A stretch of DNA of 20,000 nt. Source: Lophium mytilinum. Taxonomy: Eukaryota. The notes under the pieces were generated by a model that ran no database searches, was not told the DNA's origin, and saw only the letters and a list, made by a program, of their open reading frames with translations. The stretch spans positions 555,028 through 575,027 of the forward strand of contig MU004182.1 of NCBI GenBank assembly GCA_010093605.1. Direction: 5' to 3'. Within the stretch, counting starts at the first letter, position 1; each line of letters begins with the position of its first letter. A program made the position numbers and the translations under genes. Positions 10,548-20,000 of the stretch are shown piece by piece.

Positions 10548-11001
10548 CGTGCTGCTTGCGTCGGTTTTAGGACTAGGGATACACGTTTTGAACTAGGGAG
10601 TTGAGTGGGGAGAGTTTGTAGTTAGGACTTGAAGTGGTGGTGGGGTGCTTCGGAGGGACGTGTTTGGAAGATGGATTGTTTGAATGGAGAGGCTGCTCTA
10701 GTACATGGAGCTAAACCGGTGAATACAAGGCGAGAAAAGTTGTGGGTGAGATTATGCAAAATATGCATAATGCCTCTTTCACTCTTCCTACGATCATTAA
10801 TTATCCCCTAGGGCACAAAATAACTTACGTCATTCGAGACTTCCACCATATCGGCAAAAGCGGACAACGCACATGGAATAAGCTAGGGCGCGATGGTGTG
10901 AAAGCCTATGATATCATCGTAGAAAAGTGGCTTGTCCCACCTAGTGTATTTGTTTAGATTGATTTTGTGTACTTCCAAATCATCAAATGCCTGGGTGGGT
11001 G

Positions 11002-11105
11002 AGTTTGCTGTAGGCCTTTTCAGGACCGCTTCTCTGCAGGTTGTTTGAATTCACAACTCTAAGTTTGCCGTGGCCTTTTCAGGACCGCTTCGAAGGGTTG
11101 TGTGT
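11002..11105. repeat. Two-copy direct repeat, 59-bp period
   Basis: GGCCTTTTCAGGACCGCTTC is identical at 11013-11032 and 11072-11091, with similar flanks (AGTTTGCYGT upstream, GGTTGT downstream). Confidence 0.8.
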
Positions 11106-11252
11106 TCGAACTTGGAGGCATTTCTTTTTTTCACTGTTTTCTTTTCCTTTCTTTTTTGCACTTATCTAATGTCCACTACACCTGTCTACACTCCTCTTTT
11201 CTCTACTTTGAACTACGTTACTTCTCACCTCCATATCACAGGCTTCCTGAAG

Positions 11253-11745
11253 ATGGCGACGAAATTCTTCTCCGCCGTGCCTGTCGACGTGGACGCTGTC
11301 TTACACGCTTTGAAAGCAGGACGGTTTAACCGTGTAAGAGAATCTTTAATAGACATGGATGGGACGTAAAGGAATGTGCGGTGTGTAGCCAACGTAGTCC
11401 CGTTTATTAGAAGAAGTCACGGATCTAACCGCGTGAGAGAATCTTTTCTAGACGTGGAGGGCACGCAAAGGGTACGCGGGTGTATAGCTAACGTAGTCCC
11501 TTTTATCATTAGAAGAACTCACGGCTCTAAGCGCGTAAAATACTATAGTAACGGTAAATATTACGCAAGGGGATACGCTACACGCACCTTTTGTAGTCCC
11601 TTTAGTAAGAAGATTTCTCGGATCTAACCGTATACAAAGTGTTGCACGAGACGTTAAATGCACGTAAAGGGGTACGCTACGTACACCCTGCGTAGTCTAT
11701 TTTATCGGCAACAGTCTCGAATTTAACCGTGCAAGAGAATTTTTA
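11253..11745 (+). pseudogene. Decayed ORF built from a ~99-bp (33-codon) tandem repeat, ~4.3 units (repeat 11320-11745)
   Basis: The anchor TAACCG-like occurs at 11327, 11426, 11528, 11625 and 11724 (spacings 99, 102, 97, 99). The ATG 11253 frame continues to 11627 past one TAA (11367-11369), where units 2 and 3 have CAA. The repeat is certain; coding origin is an inference. Confidence 0.5.
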
Positions 11746-11886
11746 GTTGATTGAGCAGCACGAATCTGAAGTGTCTACTTCTCGAGATATAGATCGTGAT
11801 TCCGGGTTGGCTAGGCTACTCCTCACAGTGATGGTAAGCGGGTAAAAGTGGTGTTAGGTCAGCGAGATCTTGGTGTGTAGGGAATT

Positions 11887-12012
11887 ACGATAGTTGAGCA
11901 CGCTGGGCACAAAAGGTTGGCACACTAAGTAGATGTGCTGTCTCGTGTGGTTCCGAGTGTGTACATCTGTCTGCCGCTGCTGAAAGTGCTTCAATATGTT
12001 TCCACATGGCCC
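11887..12012 (-). repeat. Left copy of a ~125-bp inverted repeat (partner at 14123-14246)
   Basis: Its reverse complement aligns to 14123-14246 with ~21 mismatches plus one 2-nt gap by hand count (~82%). Confidence 0.9.
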
Positions 12013-12290
12013 GAAGGCAAAAGTTTCCATCTCGTTGACTTTTCTCAAAATTCATTGAGGCACCACAAGCAGCGGCAGACACGTGTACACTTCCCTAGAT
12101 TAGTGAGTTTGACGTATTGGTAGGTGCCCTATCACATGCCTGCTTTAGTGTGCGGCACGTGACCATATATTCCTTGGCAGTGGGTTATGATAGGGAGCGA
12201 CCTATCGCAACAACATCAACAAACACCTCTCACCCCTCACCTCTCACCTCTGGACTTTTTTCCTTCCAGCACCGTGCTGCTCTGTTCAAG

Positions 12291-14065
12291 ATGTCGCTCA
12301 TCAGCATGCCGGCAGAGCTCCACCCGGAGATCGCCAGCTACTGCACCAACAGGAGCCTCAAGAAGCTCATCGAAGCTCATCCTTTGCTTCATGAGCGCCT
12401 GCAGTTCGAGCTCCACCAACGTGCGATTTCTCCCAAGCCAGTAGAAATTAAGAACCTCGTAGACAGGGACCCACAAGATACCGAAGATGAGCACAAGTCG
12501 GAGCCAGCGATTTGGTGGGCCATTCGTCATTGCCGCAGTGAGTTGGTCGACTATCTTCTTCGGCATGATGTTGGAGGTCCTGATGAGAGTGGAGACTGGC
12601 CGTTATTGCGGTGGCTTACGGCATGTGGTACCTCGTGTGGTACCTCAAGGTGGAACAGCTCCTTTCGTATCGATCAGTACGACAAGTTCGACCCATTCCA
12701 GTATTCCGACGGCTTCTGGATCAGCACCCTAAACACGGCGGTTCAGTATGCAGCACAACTCGGTCCAGTGCGAAAGAGTAGTATCAATTCCGACCAACTG
12801 ACGAATACTCTCGGGATATTCTTACGTAAGGTTCCTCGAGTGAATTGGAATCTCTCCAAGGTGTGTGAGCTAGCACATAACAAGCTGTGTGGCTGCGCGT
12901 GGAAAGTCAGTAACTTGGAAATGGCAACAGTAAGTTCCTACAGTTACCCTAACCATAATTATGATGAGAGGAAGTTAATGCAAAACTCGTAGTTCAAGCT
13001 ACTTCTCGCTCTAGGAGCGAACCCATACGGACGACTATCTACGACTCAGACTCGCCAAAAACTCAGAGAGCCTTTCGCTTTCCAAGTGAGAGATGCCGAG
13101 TTCCTGAAGCTTCTGGTGGAAGCAGGCGGCGACATCTTCTACAAGAAACTTCGTCATCAAAGCACTGTGAAGGTTGCACTCCACCGTGCGTTAAAGACTC
13201 AATACTCGCCCCAAGTACTTGATCTCATCCTGGGCTTCGGTGCAGATCCGAACGAAGGAATCCGTCACGGGGGCCGCCTCTCAAAATCGCCATCAAAGGA
13301 AAGAGTGTATCGCGAGCACAAATACTACTTGATCATGGCGCGAAACCGATTAACGTCATCCACGACGCTCTTCAGCTCCTCCCTACTGCTCCCGCCATCC
13401 ACGTCTTCAAGTGTATCGCATCTCTGGAGCCGAACATCGATGTGCTCAGTGATAGAACGACCCCATTCTTCTACGACAAACAGCCAGCACTATTCCGGGC
13501 GTTTAGAAATTTCGACCTACAATACGCTAGGATATTGGTTGAATCGGGCGCTGAAATGACAAGAGAAACAATCACAGACAAAGCAGTGGTCACAGACAAA
13601 GCAGTGGTTTACTGTAGCCAGGAGGAACATAGGGATCGATTCTGCGATTACCACAACTTTGTCACAGATTTTGGCCTCAAGTTGCGGAAGATGGACATCA
13701 TTCCACTTGAGAGCATCAGCAGGGCCTTGGATAAGACCTGGTTCAACCACATACCTACTGACCAGGAATCACTTACCAATCTCAAGACCTATTGGAAGAT
13801 TATGTTAAACGTTCTGGATGCGATGGAGAGGTTCCCAGCTAGCGGGCCCGACATGCCGGCTTTCTGCGCGAGGTGGAAACAGGCACGTCCACATGTTGAG
13901 GCCGCGCTTGGCGATGAAGAGTGGATGCATTGGTCGCCGGAGGAGTGGGATTTTACGCGAGAACATCGGTGGTGGATGAAGGATGCCAAAGCAAAAGAGG
14001 CTCACAAGTATCATGCTACTTGGCCATGGTTTACGGGTGGCGACCCCCCGCCCCCCCTCTATTAG
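12291..14065 (+). pseudogene. F-box-like + ankyrin-repeat protein, paralogue of 8748-10547, with a 1-nt frameshift at G5 13269-13273 (true lesion or sequencing error)
   Basis: Exon 1 is 12291-12929 (MSLISMPAELHPEIASYCTNRSLKKLIEAHP..). A phase-0 intron 12930-12992 sits at the same position as in the paralogue, and exon 2 begins FKLLLALGANP. After ..GADPNEGIRHG the ankyrin consensus continues in the 13442-14065 frame (PPLKIAIKGKSVSRAQILLDHGAKP). Confidence 0.8.
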
Positions 14066-14122
14066 AGAGGCTAGGGTGGAGGAGGATAAGGAGTTTGAGG
14101 GAGGAACAGAGCTCTCAGCTTT

Positions 14123-14246
14123 GGGCTATGTGGAAACAAATTGAAGCAGTTCAAACAGCGGCAGACAGATGCAGACACTCGGGACCACACGAGACAACAT
14201 TTGGTTGACGTGCCACCTCTTTGTGCCCAGCATGCTCACCTACCGT
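14123..14246 (+). repeat. Right copy of the ~125-bp inverted repeat
   Basis: GGGCTATGTGGAAACAAATTGAAGCA..CAGCGGCAGACAGATG..CCACACGAGACA..TTTGTGCCCAGC matches the reverse complement of 11887-12012. Confidence 0.9.
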
Positions 14247-14509
14247 CTGGTTGTATTGGTCTACCACTGCCTGAGATGGCTTATGGGTGGTCAGCTGGTC
14301 AAAAAAGTCTGGCCAAATATGTGGACACTCCCTCAAGGCGCCATAAGCAGCGATGAAAGAGTGTACCCACGTTGGTGACCATGCTGCGCCAGAGAAAGAA
14401 GCAGAACAATAGAGAAGAAATTTCACGTGCTTAGACAATACCAAGATGTATATTATATATTACATATCCGAGGCTTTTCAAATACGGGGAAGCTCTCTAC
14501 TTGTAAGCT

Positions 14510-16496
14510 CTAGTACCCACCGCTAGCAATCTGCACCAATTTCTTGAAGTTCTACAATAATCAGTCAGTACGTATAATTCACTATTGAATCGCGCAAGAG
14601 AACATACCGGTGTTCCGAATCCAGTGACGGGATCCCATCCAGGGACAGCCGGGAAGCCATCGGTATCGCAGCCGTGCGAAGAACCCTTGGTGATATCGGT
14701 GAAGCCCTTGTATCCCTTGGAGTAAATCCACGGGTTCAAGAACCCAAGAGACGGCTTTCCGGACGCGATCAGGGCGTCATTGACTAGGGAAATGATACCA
14801 CCGGTCAACGGGCAAGAGGCGCTGGTGCCGCTGATAACGCCTTCGGTGCCATTCCAGACATATGCGAAGTAGAGACCTTGGGCCGAGATGTCAGGATAGG
14901 CGCGGCCAGCTACGGAAATGTCAGTGTCGGTTTCATACTTGAAGGCGGTGGAACTTACACTTGTTGTACAACCCATCGTACTTGCCATCAAGAGCCTTCA
15001 CATAGGCGGGGACATCCTTGTCCTGATACTTAGGTCGGGAGAAGTAGTTGCTGAAACCAGCTCCGCTAGCATAGAAGCTATGCTTGGGGTTCACACTGGG
15101 TGCCCGATAGGCCACCTCTTCAGGTTGGAAGTTCATCGTGGCTCCGACGGCTGTAACGAAGGGGCATCCAGCAGGGAAAGCTGGCAAGAACTGCGTGGTG
15201 TTCTTGCCATCATTGGTCAGACAAGTACCTGGCTCTCCAACACCGCCGTCACCGCTCGAGAAGAGCAGGGAGGTACCTCGTGCACCAATACGAGCGAAGT
15301 CCTTGCAGACACGCTCAGCATATGACTTGGGGATGGTTTGCTCATCATCACCATATGAGGTGGTGATGGTTTGTGGAATGCTCTTCTGGCTAAGGATGTA
15401 TTGGACCCAAACTAGGTATGGCTCGTTTGTGTCGGTCGGGGTATTAGTGTCTGGGATGAATGGAGGGCTGCCGCCAGTGCTCCAGGTCTCGATCGGAGTG
15501 GGCCAGCTAATTCCAGCAATGGCTTGAACGTCAAGATTGGCTTCGCGGGAGATGCCGGACTCGGCTTGAGTGGCGTTTAGAGGACCATCCTGGAGGGGTC
15601 CATCAGCGAGAGAGACTCCCTTGAAAGTATAGGCCGAAGAGACTGCCTCCGGCCGGTACTTCTGCAGGAACTTGGCAGTATCTGGCCGAATCGGGATTTC
15701 ACCAAGGTAGTTGGTGAACCCGACCTTGTTCTTCCCGGCAGCCTTGGGCTTGTAGCCTTTGGTGCCATAGAGTTCCATGAAACACTGCGGGGTCACAGAG
15801 CTGACATTGCACACGCTGGAAATGGCAGGGTCGGTGGGTGGCGTGTATCCGGCCGGGATGTAGGGAGCGGAGTCGATATAAGTCGCCTTCTGAGCACCCA
15901 TTCGGAAGAAAGAGTTAGTTGGCTGGATAACATCGATGTGTTCGTGGAGATGGGCAGGTAGAGACCACTTGGACGTGCGAACCAAACGGTCGCCATCTCG
16001 CTCATGCTCGAAGGTGGAGTACTCGGTGTCCAGGAGGCGTTCCACCGTCTCGACTGGGAGAGAGACTGAGATCCAGTCCTTCGAGGGGCTGTAGGTCAAA
16101 GACTCAATGCCGTTATCACGGAGCCACTCATTTACCAAGTTCAAGGTTTCCTCAGACGGCTTCACAAGGGCATTGACCTCGTCATGGCTCAAGTGCTTGC
16201 CATAGCGATCATGGCTCGGGTCGGAGACTGTGGTGATCAGTCGCACAATTTTTACAAAGCCCAGAGGTAGCACACTTACCCTCGTACAGGTGACGTTCTA
16301 GCTCGTCGAATTGGCCTTGCTTGATACCAATATGAAGGTCAATCGTATGCGCGCTGGGCGCTCGGCTCACCCGTTTCCACTGCCTGGGCACATTGTGTGT
16401 TTCTTTCACCACATATGGCGACCGAGAGCGAACGGGAGAGCAAAAGACGGCTTGGGCAGCAATTGCTACGGAAAGAACGGAGGTAAGGAGAACCAT
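14510..16496 (-). CDS. Secreted sedolisin / tripeptidyl-peptidase (peptidase family S53), ~609 aa
   Basis: Exons 16496-16280, 16227-14959, 14909-14608 and 14551-14510, with three canonical introns (52, 49, 56 nt) that keep frame. It has a signal peptide (MVLLTSVLSVAIAAQAVFC), a prodomain (VSDPSHDRYGKHLS), catalytic EANLD, SSGDGG and GTSAS, and Ca-binding GWDPVTGFG. Confidence 0.95.
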
Positions 16497-16578
16497 GATG
16501 TAGCAATTGGCAATTGGTGGGCCTCCGCTGACGATGCTGGCGAGGATGAACCACCACCAGGGCGGCGATATCGTCCAT

Positions 16579-16585
16579 ATTTATA
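16579..16585 (-). promoter_or_regulatory. Candidate TATA box of the S53 peptidase gene
   Basis: TATAAAT on the minus strand ~85 nt upstream of ATG 16496, in GC-balanced context. Confidence 0.5.
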
Positions 16586-17975
16586 AAAGCTACGGATTGA
16601 AAGCTTTCCAGTCCCGCTGTTTCGCGGGAAATTTGGAAGCTCAATGGCTGTAGTACCTGCAGCGGGGTATGCTGCGGTGCAGGCCTGGTATGGAAGGTGT
16701 GTACGACTTTTGGCGCGGAGGTTCCCTGATGACGGCGTGTAATCGGGCAGGTAAGGTTATCTGGACGTAGATCCTGCCCCTCGCGGCATGGTCTGTTTGC
16801 GTGGGGACCATGGAAGCCATGGTGATTTGAGCTTCTCGAAGTTCGGCGTGTTCGGATAGGTAGGTCGATCTGATGAAGGCGAGAGCAGTGGTTCGCTGAC
16901 GCCGGCGCGACTCCTGAGATTACCTCGGAGAACCTAGTTCTCGCGCCACAGCAACGGGATATCGCGCCTCCCGAGCTGCAGATGCTTGTATGAGCCAAGT
17001 TGGATGCTAACGCTGGCCAAGCTTGTCGTATCGGAGGCAATCCAGGCGAAGTGCGTTGTGGCGTCTCCATGGCCAGGGAATACGGAGGACCGAGTAAATT
17101 GCCGGAACGAAGCGTGATACGAACTCACGTGAAGAGCATCACGTATACAGTCCCGAATAGGCAGGCCAGAAACTTGAGCTTCAGGCTGAATGTTTATTGG
17201 GTCCACGGTGTCTCAGTAATCAAACCCACTTCGTGAGGTTCATAAACGCCACTCGGCAGTCTCATTGTGTCATGACCCTATGGTTGATGTTGCGCTGGGA
17301 CATCCCGAATTCCAAGTACATATTACACGATGCTGCTGCTTCTACGAGACAATGGGTTCTAGTTCAAGGTTCAAAGTTTCTCCATAGTCTACGCCGCGGA
17401 GCGAAAATGATGGAGAAACGTCTGACCACCGATCATCCATGCTAATAATCGTCATCAGAAGATCAGAGTCGGAGGGATAGGTGAGCATAAATAGCAATGC
17501 GCGAAAAGCCGAGGATGGCTCAAAGCGCTTTCCGAGTATGATAAAAGCAGACGTTGGGCAATGACTTGAGCACGGAAGCCGCGAACGGTATTGCATGCCA
17601 AGTATAAGAAGGTGAAGAGTGCAAAGCTTCAAGACTAGAGGTTCCCTAGCATCGCGAGCGGCGCTATCGTTCTAGGCCGGCTGGCGATACGCATGAACGA
17701 CCCCTCTTGTCCCTGTAGATGAACGGTTAAAGATCACATGCGCTATCAAAGCTTCCTTCCTACAAGCTTCCAGAGTCAATGTTGAACGCACTGTGGCTTC
17801 AGCGGTGATGAAGCTTAGCTAACTTGCTAGAGAATGTGAGTATACGAAGGGTGGGGGTGATCCGATGGAAGCGTGCTTCCGGCAAACAACTAATAGAGGT
17901 CCCCAATCGCACTATCACGATTCGCTACCTGCTATAATCCTTCTTGCTTCACTTCACCCGGCATATTCGAGCAAT

Positions 17976-18575
17976 ATGGCACCATCTAAGCACCCTCTCT
18001 TCCCGGACCGTCCTTCCGAGCCTACAACAGACCAGATCAGCGCTGTAAGATTGATACCCTTACCTAACGCATCTTCAACTCCCCACTCATCACAGTATAA
18101 AACCCAGGCCCTCTCTGCGTGTCTTGCAACTCAAGAGCGCGGACAAGCGCAGGGGAAACGCCCATTCGGAGCGGTTCTCCTTGGTCCTGACCACACCACC
18201 GTACTCCTCACCCACTTCTCCATCTCCCACGTCGAGCATGCCGAGGCCTCCATCGCCCGCTTGTCCACGCTGCACTTCTCCCAAGAATACCTATGGCAGT
18301 GTACGCTAGTATCGACGTGGGAGCCCTGTGCGATGTGTGCGGGCACGATGTATTGGGCAAACATTGGCCGGCTGGTGTACGCGGCGAGCGAGGAGACGCT
18401 GGCAAAGCTGACCGGGGAAGGAAACGAGGAGAATATGACGCTGACACTGCCGTGTCGGGAGCTATTCGCGCGAGGGCAGAAGGGTATCAAGGTCGTAGGG
18501 CCTGTCGGGGGGTGGGAGGAGAAGGTTGCGACGCAGAGCGACAAGTATTGGGGGCCGCTCAGGGAGAAGAAGTAA
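17976..18575 (+). CDS. Zinc-dependent cytidine/dCMP-deaminase-fold protein (guanine/cytosine/TadA-like nucleobase deaminase)
   Basis: Motifs RPFGAVL, HAE and STWEPCAMC. Likely start is ATG 17976, with a probable intron at 18045-18095 (GTAAGA..CTAAC..CAG). Confidence 0.9.
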   Translation: MAPSKHPLFPDRPSEPTTDQISAVRLIPLPNASSTPHSSQYKTQALSACLATQERGQAQGKRPFGAVLLGPDHTTVLLTHFSISHVEHAEASIARLSTLHFSQEYLWQCTLVSTWEPCAMCAGTMYWANIGRLVYAASEETLAKLTGEGNEENMTLTLPCRELFARGQKGIKVVGPVGGWEEKVATQSDKYWGPLREKK

Positions 18576-18864
18576 GGGCTTCATATGTGGAAAGGGGGAT
18601 ATAGCTCGAAAGACGACCATGTGTTAAAGCAGCCATGTCGTTATGAGCAATTGGGCGATGCAGACATGCTAAATAAGGCTGATGAACAGGTTGAACTACG
18701 AGCTTCGTAATATTCCCTGACTCTTGAGCTCTCCAGGTTCTCTCCCCAAGCTTCTTATCGATAACATCCCACCGTGCATTAGACGGATTTCAGAGACGAA
18801 TCGCACGGCCGTAGGAGGAAATTCGCCACGTAAATCGGTGTAATGAGGCTTAAGCTACTGCAGG

Positions 18865-20000
18865 CCCCTAGTTAGCTTAGTATTCATAAATTTTTATAAA
18901 ATGCCCACTAGTAGGGGGCCCTCTAGTTAGCAGTATACCTAGCATAAGGCCTACATGCCCGGAGACCTTAGATAAGGTCTCTAATTAAGGTAGCTTATGC
19001 AGGCTATATATAGTAAGGCGCTACTAAAATAAGGCTACTAGCCTATTCTATTTTATTATAGCTTTAATAATCTATAGATTTTTCTAAGAATTCTTAACTT
19101 TCTTATATTATAATTACCTATACTATAATTAAGGCCTAAGGCTATATATAAGGCTATAAAGAAGGCCTAAGGCTATATAAAAGATTAAATATATAATAAG
19201 ATTTATATTTTTAATACTATTTTTAATAAAAATGGCCGGCTAATAATATAGAGAGAGAAGAGGAAGTAAAAGGTATAGAAATATTATAGAAAGCCCTTAA
19301 CTAAATATTTAAGAGGAGGAAGATCTATATACTATTTTATTAGTAGTAGAATTACTCTATTATAATTTATTATTAGCTTCTACCTTAAATTCTTATAATC
19401 TTTATATAAACCTTAATTTTTATTATATTATAATATTCTCTTATTAGCCTAATATTTCCTCTCTTTTTAATACTATATCTAGAGTTCTATAGCTATATAG
19501 AGTTCTATAGCTATATATAGTTCTATAGCTACATGCAGTTCTATAATATATACTACTACTTTTCTATCTAATTATTTCTTACTTTAAGCCTTTAGTAATA
19601 TTTCTATAGCCTCCGCAGGCTTCTCTATAGGCCCTAGGGCCTTACCGCGCGCTCTATAAGATTAACGCAAATAAATAGCTAGAGCTTATTAAGCTAGATA
19701 ATAATATAGATAATATTCTATAGACTTAAGAGTACCCTAAAATAGAGAATAAAAATACCTTAATAGTTCTTCTACCCTTCTATAATATTATTTCTCTAGA
19801 GATATATAAGTAATTAAGGCTAGCTAAATAGCTCTACTTTATTAAGCTACTAAACTAGTACTACTACTAGGTCTATAAGTATTAGCTTAAGGCGTATATA
19901 GAGAAAATAGTAGTAATAATAAATAAGCTTATAGGCTATATAGAGCGCGGCTATAACTTCTATAATAGATATAATTAGTTAAAGAATAAAATTAATAAGA
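18865..20000. mobile_element. AT-rich, heavily RIP-degraded repeat/transposon relic (class not identifiable; continues beyond the window)
   Basis: Abrupt GC drop, pervasive TpA (TATA, CTAG, TTAA), near-absence of CpA/TpG, and no ORFs. The left boundary is approximate. Confidence 0.8.
19481..19552. repeat. 18-bp minisatellite, 4 copies (AGAGTTCTATAGCTATAT)
   Basis: Units start at 19481, 19499, 19517 and 19535. Confidence 0.9.

Noticed and set aside
10751..10771. ATTATGCA-n5-TGCATAAT dyad upstream of the left ankyrin gene
   Set aside because: 8-bp AT-rich arms, single occurrence; not distinguishable from chance.
3686..11702. Resemblance of the 151-bp and 99-bp arrays (shared GTAGTCTATTTT, CGTA..GGGGTA)
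   Set aside because: Only short matches in TA-biased sequence; no collinear alignment was seen.
16339..17632. ORFs upstream of the S53 gene (e.g. 243 aa at 16339-17070)
   Set aside because: No recognisable domain, atypical composition, and the longest overlaps the peptidase promoter and first exon out of frame.
17976..20000. Deaminase as the cause of the adjacent C>T-mutated block
   Set aside because: RIP is known to depend on the RID/DIM-2 methyltransferase-like proteins. This protein looks like an ordinary metabolic nucleobase deaminase, and adjacency alone is no evidence.

Overview
Eukaryotic DNA from a filamentous ascomycete (Pezizomycotina): short GT-AG introns with CTRAY branch sites and clear signatures of repeat-induced point mutation (RIP). 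Left to right: (1) two tandem paralogues of a MYND-zinc-finger-associated family, the second with a decayed finger and one premature TAG; (2) an 8-unit ~151/135-bp tandem array with palindromic cores; (3) a Pro/Thr/Lys-rich then Gly-rich gene (minus) broken at poly-C runs; (4) a 485-bp MITE-like element with perfect 57-bp TIRs and a RIP-degraded core; (5) the WD40 gene JIP5; (6) a divergent pair of paralogous F-box-like/ankyrin genes. A decayed ~99-bp repeat ORF lies between them, and the right gene is frameshifted and bracketed by ~125-bp inverted repeats; (7) a secreted S53 sedolisin/tripeptidyl-peptidase; (8) a zinc-dependent nucleobase/nucleoside deaminase; (9) a heavily RIPped AT-rich repeat relic running off the right end. 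All calls come from reading the sequence; no database searches were run, and identities are hand counts.
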